DNA of 40,219 nt, from the IMG/VR virus record IMGVR_UViG_3300017766_003255, positions 1 through 40,219 of that record; one strand, given 5' to 3'. This document shows, piece after piece, positions 37,141-40,219 of the stretch; the first letter of the stretch is position 1; each line of letters opens with the position of its first letter. Position numbers and translations under genes: made by a program. The notes below the pieces were generated by a model. The model saw only the letters and a list, made by a program, of their open reading frames with translations, ran no database searches and was not told where the DNA came from. Source of the stretch: a virus (taxonomy: Duplodnaviria > Caudoviricetes).

Positions 37141-39013
37141 TTTTTCGCGCCTCCAGCTTTCTCATCAGGGCATACATTTTTTTCGCTCCTGCTCGTCGAG
37201 ATCCGTTGCCCATACCGCGCACGGCCTTGGCAGTGAACACAAATTCGCCATCCGACAGCATAGCGGGGATGTCGTCACTCGTGCCTGTGCCGGGGCCGTT
37301 TATCGGGCCGGTTTTACGCGGAAAAGCCTTGTCCATACTGCCGCCTTTCGCAGCAGCTCGTGGCGGAGTGTAGCTGTACGGGTTGTACTGGGGCATCGTG
37401 GCCTCTGTGTTAACCCCGCCATACCGTATCCTGTCAGCGTCCTTTTGCACTGGGATGCCTGACATGAAGTCCTCAAAGCCCTCGGGAGGCTGGATCTGCT
37501 CCTCCTCGAACCCGCCGCCCAGAGCCATGATCCCAAGGCCGGTTGCGGCGAGGGGGGCGAATTGCCTGATCATGCCGGGTAGCGCGGCGTCATATGCTCT
37601 CTGAGCCAATGCTTCAGATTGCGTCCGCGCCAGCGTGTCCGAGTAAGCCTTCTCAGCGGCAAGCACGCCTTGCTCTTTGGACGGAAAATAAGCGTCCTTG
37701 AGTCCTTGCCCAAATTTAATGTCATCGCCCGGAGTGAGAGCTCCTTTTACATTCGCGAAGAAGCCCCTTGGTTCCGGCGTAGGCCCAAATCTGGCCTGCG
37801 GGACATCAAACATGCTGCCAAGCTTCTGAGCGTCCGTAAAAGGCCCAGCTGCCGCACCAGATCCAGCGGTGAGAGCTCCGGGAGCCTGTGCAGGTGCAGC
37901 AGCTTGACTCGGATCAAAACCACCACCCATCATCGGGGTGCCGGTCGGGCGATATACTGGCGCAGGGGCTTGTGCAACAGGCGCCTGAACAGACATAGGC
38001 AAGCTCCCTATGCCCTGATCCGCGATCGGAGCACCAATTGGGGTGCGAGTAATGGGAGCCGCCCTTGCCGCGCCAAATGTAGTGGCACTGGGCTGGGCTG
38101 GTGGTGCTGCACCCATGTCGAGCAGGGGCTTGTTGGCCACAGGGGCAGGCGCGCTCAGGCGGCTCATGGCGCCCTTGGCGGCACCGGCAGTGATACCGCT
38201 GATCGCACCAGCCTTCAGAGAGTCTTTGAGGTTGCCACCAGCAATCAGGGATGTGCCAGCGCCACTGACAAAGCCACTGATGCCTGCGGCAGCAGCACCG
38301 CCGGCAGTGGCCCCCAGCATACTGGCAGCGGCAGGGCCGGCAACCATGAACAGCGCGGTACCAATCACAATCTTGCCAATCGTGGTGTTGGCGAACTTCT
38401 TGACCGCCTTGCCGAGCTTCTTGAACATGTTCTTCAAAAAGAACTCAGGAGCCCCTGTCTGTGGGTTGATCGTGCCACTTCCGCCGTAGCGGCGAAGAAT
38501 CTGGGCCTCCACTGGGCTGATGTGAGCGAGCATGGTGTCGCCGTAGCGACCAGCTGCAGCCATTTCACGCGCCATTGGCTTCAGGCTGGCAATCCCGCCT
38601 CTGGCAAAGCCCTGCGGGGGAGCCATATTCTCAGGTCCACGCAGCTCATCAAGGGCCACGTTCAGAGCGGCAAACAGACCGGCGTCGAAAGCCTCAGGCA
38701 GGAGCTCTTCGTCCACGCCCATATCAAGATATTTCTGACGAATGACCGGATACTCACCGGGGGCGGCAAGCACTTCGTCCACCATTGTGTTGAGCATGTC
38801 GATGACCTCGGGGGCCACTTCCAGCTCTGCCAGCTCTTGCCGGAACTCTGCTACCGCGACAGGATCTGCCTGTTCGGCAGTCGCCAGCATTTCACGATTG
38901 ATTTCTGTAGGTGAAACCTGCTCCCGCAGCTGCTCAAAAGCTGCGAGCTGGTCTGGGGAAGGTTCAGCAGGGGACATTTGGGGGGCGCCCATTCCCGGCA
39001 TAGCGTTGACCAT
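37133..39013 (-). CDS. internal virion protein (626 aa)
   Basis: FARGG, GRYGDTMLAHI.P.EA..L...GGSGTINP.TG.PEFF, Gly/Ala hydrophobic stretch, and C-terminal GPGTGTSDDIPAMLSDGEFV.TAKAV. Confidence 0.7.
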   Translation of the reverse strand: MVNAMPGMGAPQMSPAEPSPDQLAAFEQLREQVSPTEINREMLATAEQADPVAVAEFRQELAELEVAPEVIDMLNTMVDEVLAAPGEYPVIRQKYLDMGVDEELLPEAFDAGLFAALNVALDELRGPENMAPPQGFARGGIASLKPMAREMAAAGRYGDTMLAHISPVEAQILRRYGGSGTINPQTGAPEFFLKNMFKKLGKAVKKFANTTIGKIVIGTALFMVAGPAAASMLGATAGGAAAAGISGFVSGAGTSLIAGGNLKDSLKAGAISGITAGAAKGAMSRLSAPAPVANKPLLDMGAAPPAQPSATTFGAARAAPITRTPIGAPIADQGIGSLPMSVQAPVAQAPAPVYRPTGTPMMGGGFDPSQAAAPAQAPGALTAGSGAAAGPFTDAQKLGSMFDVPQARFGPTPEPRGFFANVKGALTPGDDIKFGQGLKDAYFPSKEQGVLAAEKAYSDTLARTQSEALAQRAYDAALPGMIRQFAPLAATGLGIMALGGGFEEEQIQPPEGFEDFMSGIPVQKDADRIRYGGVNTEATMPQYNPYSYTPPRAAAKGGSMDKAFPRKTGPINGPGTGTSDDIPAMLSDGEFVFTAKAVRGMGNGSRRAGAKKMYALMRKLEARKNV

Positions 39014-39082
39014 GTCTTTTTCCTTTAAAAGTTAAAAGCCACACGGGGCTGCGCGCCGGGGAAGGTCGCGAGAATGCTTAAA

Positions 39083-39111
39083 ATTATCAACGAAGACGAC
39101 ATCATTGTCCA
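39083..39111 (-). promoter_or_regulatory. possible sigma70 promoter for the ejection-protein operon
   Basis: Minus strand TGGACA-N17-GATAAT in the 100-nt gap; AAGGA RBS before ATG 39013. Confidence 0.5.
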
Positions 39112-39114
39112 CCA

Positions 39115-39447
39115 TCACGACCGATCAGTCTCAAGGTACGACAGCACAAACGTCACGTTGGCGACGCTCGATGTCACCTTCAGCACATCGGCTGCCTCGA
39201 GCACACAGGGGATGCCACTGAAGACATCCATCGTCTGCGTTGTCGGCAGCTGATAGGTCTTCAGCAGTGCGTGTGCCGTGGCACCACCACCCGGAAAGAA
39301 GTTTACCGAAATAGACGCCACCGAGGCGTTGGTGTTGGTCACGCGCAGAGACGATATCACAGTGGTGTTGGCAGCCGGCACCGTGTAGATGGTGGTTTCG
39401 GTTGCCGCCGCCGGTATCAGCGGCTGCCGGAGGTATTTGTTGGACAT
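39115..39447 (-). CDS. small beta-rich virion (tail-associated) protein (110 aa)
   Basis: TTIYTVPA..T.VISSL.VTN...VLEA.D.LKV....SYLE pattern common in tail clusters. Confidence 0.75.
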   Translation of the reverse strand: MSNKYLRQPLIPAAATETTIYTVPAANTTVISSLRVTNTNASVASISVNFFPGGGATAHALLKTYQLPTTQTMDVFSGIPCVLEAADVLKVTSSVANVTFVLSYLETDRS

Positions 39448-39452
39448 GGTAG

Positions 39453-40163
39453 CTACCCTGCTGACACAAAGTTGATGGTGAGGATCACGGAGGGTATTGC
39501 AGGCCGCGTGGGGCTGGTGTTCGCGTCGTAGTGTTCAAGGTAGACATCGACGTTGTCAGACCACCATGCGATTTGCAGATAGTTCACCGCAGGGTCTGTG
39601 ACGGTGAAAATACCCGTGACAGCAGGCACTACATGAGCCCAAATGGTCGCGCTTTTGCGCGCCGGGATGTCAAACCGGGTATTGCTCAGGGGATAGTTGA
39701 CACCAGTGTCCTTGGCCCAGATCTCAAATTCCGCCGCCGTATTGCTGCGGTTTGTCATCTGAAGCGTGAAAGTCACCAGATACTGCCCGCTGCATGGAAC
39801 GTAGATCTTGGAGTTATCCACCACGCGAACGCCATTGCTTAGCGCGACGGTGTTGAAAGTCACCAGATTCTCGCTGGTGATGCCGGCGTTGGCCTGATCC
39901 GCGTCTGACAGCAGCATGGCGTGCGGCTGCATCACGCCGTTGGATAGCTGAAAACCACGAACACCTCCGGCAAAACCACCGCCAGCTCCACTGCCGGCGC
40001 TCATCCACGTGGCTGCTCCGGCACTATTCTCGCTGGTGACAGGAGTGTACGTGGTATTGAGCTGCAGAATGATCTGCTCAAGCGAGCGAACCAATTGGTT
40101 GAACTGCTGAGGCGTGTACTCTGCCGAGGCGTTGGGCAGGCGGACGCTGGTAATCTTGCTCAT
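39453..40163 (-). CDS. tail protein (236 aa)
   Basis: RLP.A..EY...QFNQLVR.LEQ...QLN N-terminus followed by a beta-rich domain. ATG 40163 overlaps the upstream stop. Confidence 0.7.
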   Translation of the reverse strand: MSKITSVRLPNASAEYTPQQFNQLVRSLEQIILQLNTTYTPVTSENSAGAATWMSAGSGAGGGFAGGVRGFQLSNGVMQPHAMLLSDADQANAGITSENLVTFNTVALSNGVRVVDNSKIYVPCSGQYLVTFTLQMTNRSNTAAEFEIWAKDTGVNYPLSNTRFDIPARKSATIWAHVVPAVTGIFTVTDPAVNYLQIAWWSDNVDVYLEHYDANTSPTRPAIPSVILTINFVSAG

Positions 40164-40219
40164 CGCAGGCCGTCCGGTTGGATATCGACACGCAGCGTAC
40201 CGTATCGCCACGTACTCCC
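40160..40219 (-). CDS. C-terminus of a tail tube/stabilisation protein (P22 gp10-like), partial
   Basis: ...GSTWRYGTLRVDIQPDGLR*; a WR.G..R.D..PDG.R ending is typical of this family. The stop overlaps the next ATG. Confidence 0.65.
   Translation of the reverse strand, partial: GSTWRYGTLRVDIQPDGLR

Noticed and set aside
37619-38914. 431-aa plus-strand ORF
   Set aside because: Antisense shadow of the 626-aa structural gene, with no recognisable motifs.
1-40219. tRNA, rRNA, integrase, transposase, reverse transcriptase/DGR, intron or intein
   Set aside because: No cloverleaf, catalytic motifs, adenine-specific variable repeat pair or splice motifs were recognised by eye. A covariance-model and HMM scan would be needed to exclude them fully.

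Overview
About 40 kb of a dsDNA tailed phage genome with P22/podovirus-like morphogenesis genes. The host is probably a proteobacterium, judged from sigma70 promoters, IHF-consensus sites and a SutA-like protein. Structural genes lie on the minus strand at both ends. On the right are the end of a tail-stabilisation gene, two tail proteins and four internal virion/DNA-ejection proteins. On the left are the terminase large subunit, a 2724-aa giant protein, the portal and small head-associated ORFs. The middle holds a ~1 kb non-coding control region (iteron-like repeats, three IHF-consensus sites, a dif-like 11-6-11 palindrome and a strand-skew switch). It also holds a replication module (Prim-Pol/VapE primase-helicase, VRR-NUC, SF2 helicase), a recombination operon (RecE-like exonuclease, unknown protein, SSB, a displaced TerS with a (Glu-Pro)20 tail) and two converging arrays of small early genes. 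No capsid gene, integrase, tRNA or CRISPR array is visible. The most striking signal is the giant ORF between terL and the portal. It looks like a modular cargo polyprotein in which effector-like domains (HhH-glycosylase-like, HDxxGH metallopeptidase-like, ART-like, PcfJ-like) are separated by a recurrent hydrophobic-x-x-G-G motif, an S-[AR]-x-M-L-x-x-L motif and a pre-toxin-like hairpin. The first two motifs recur in other virion-associated proteins. All protein family calls come from motif recognition by eye; no database search was run.
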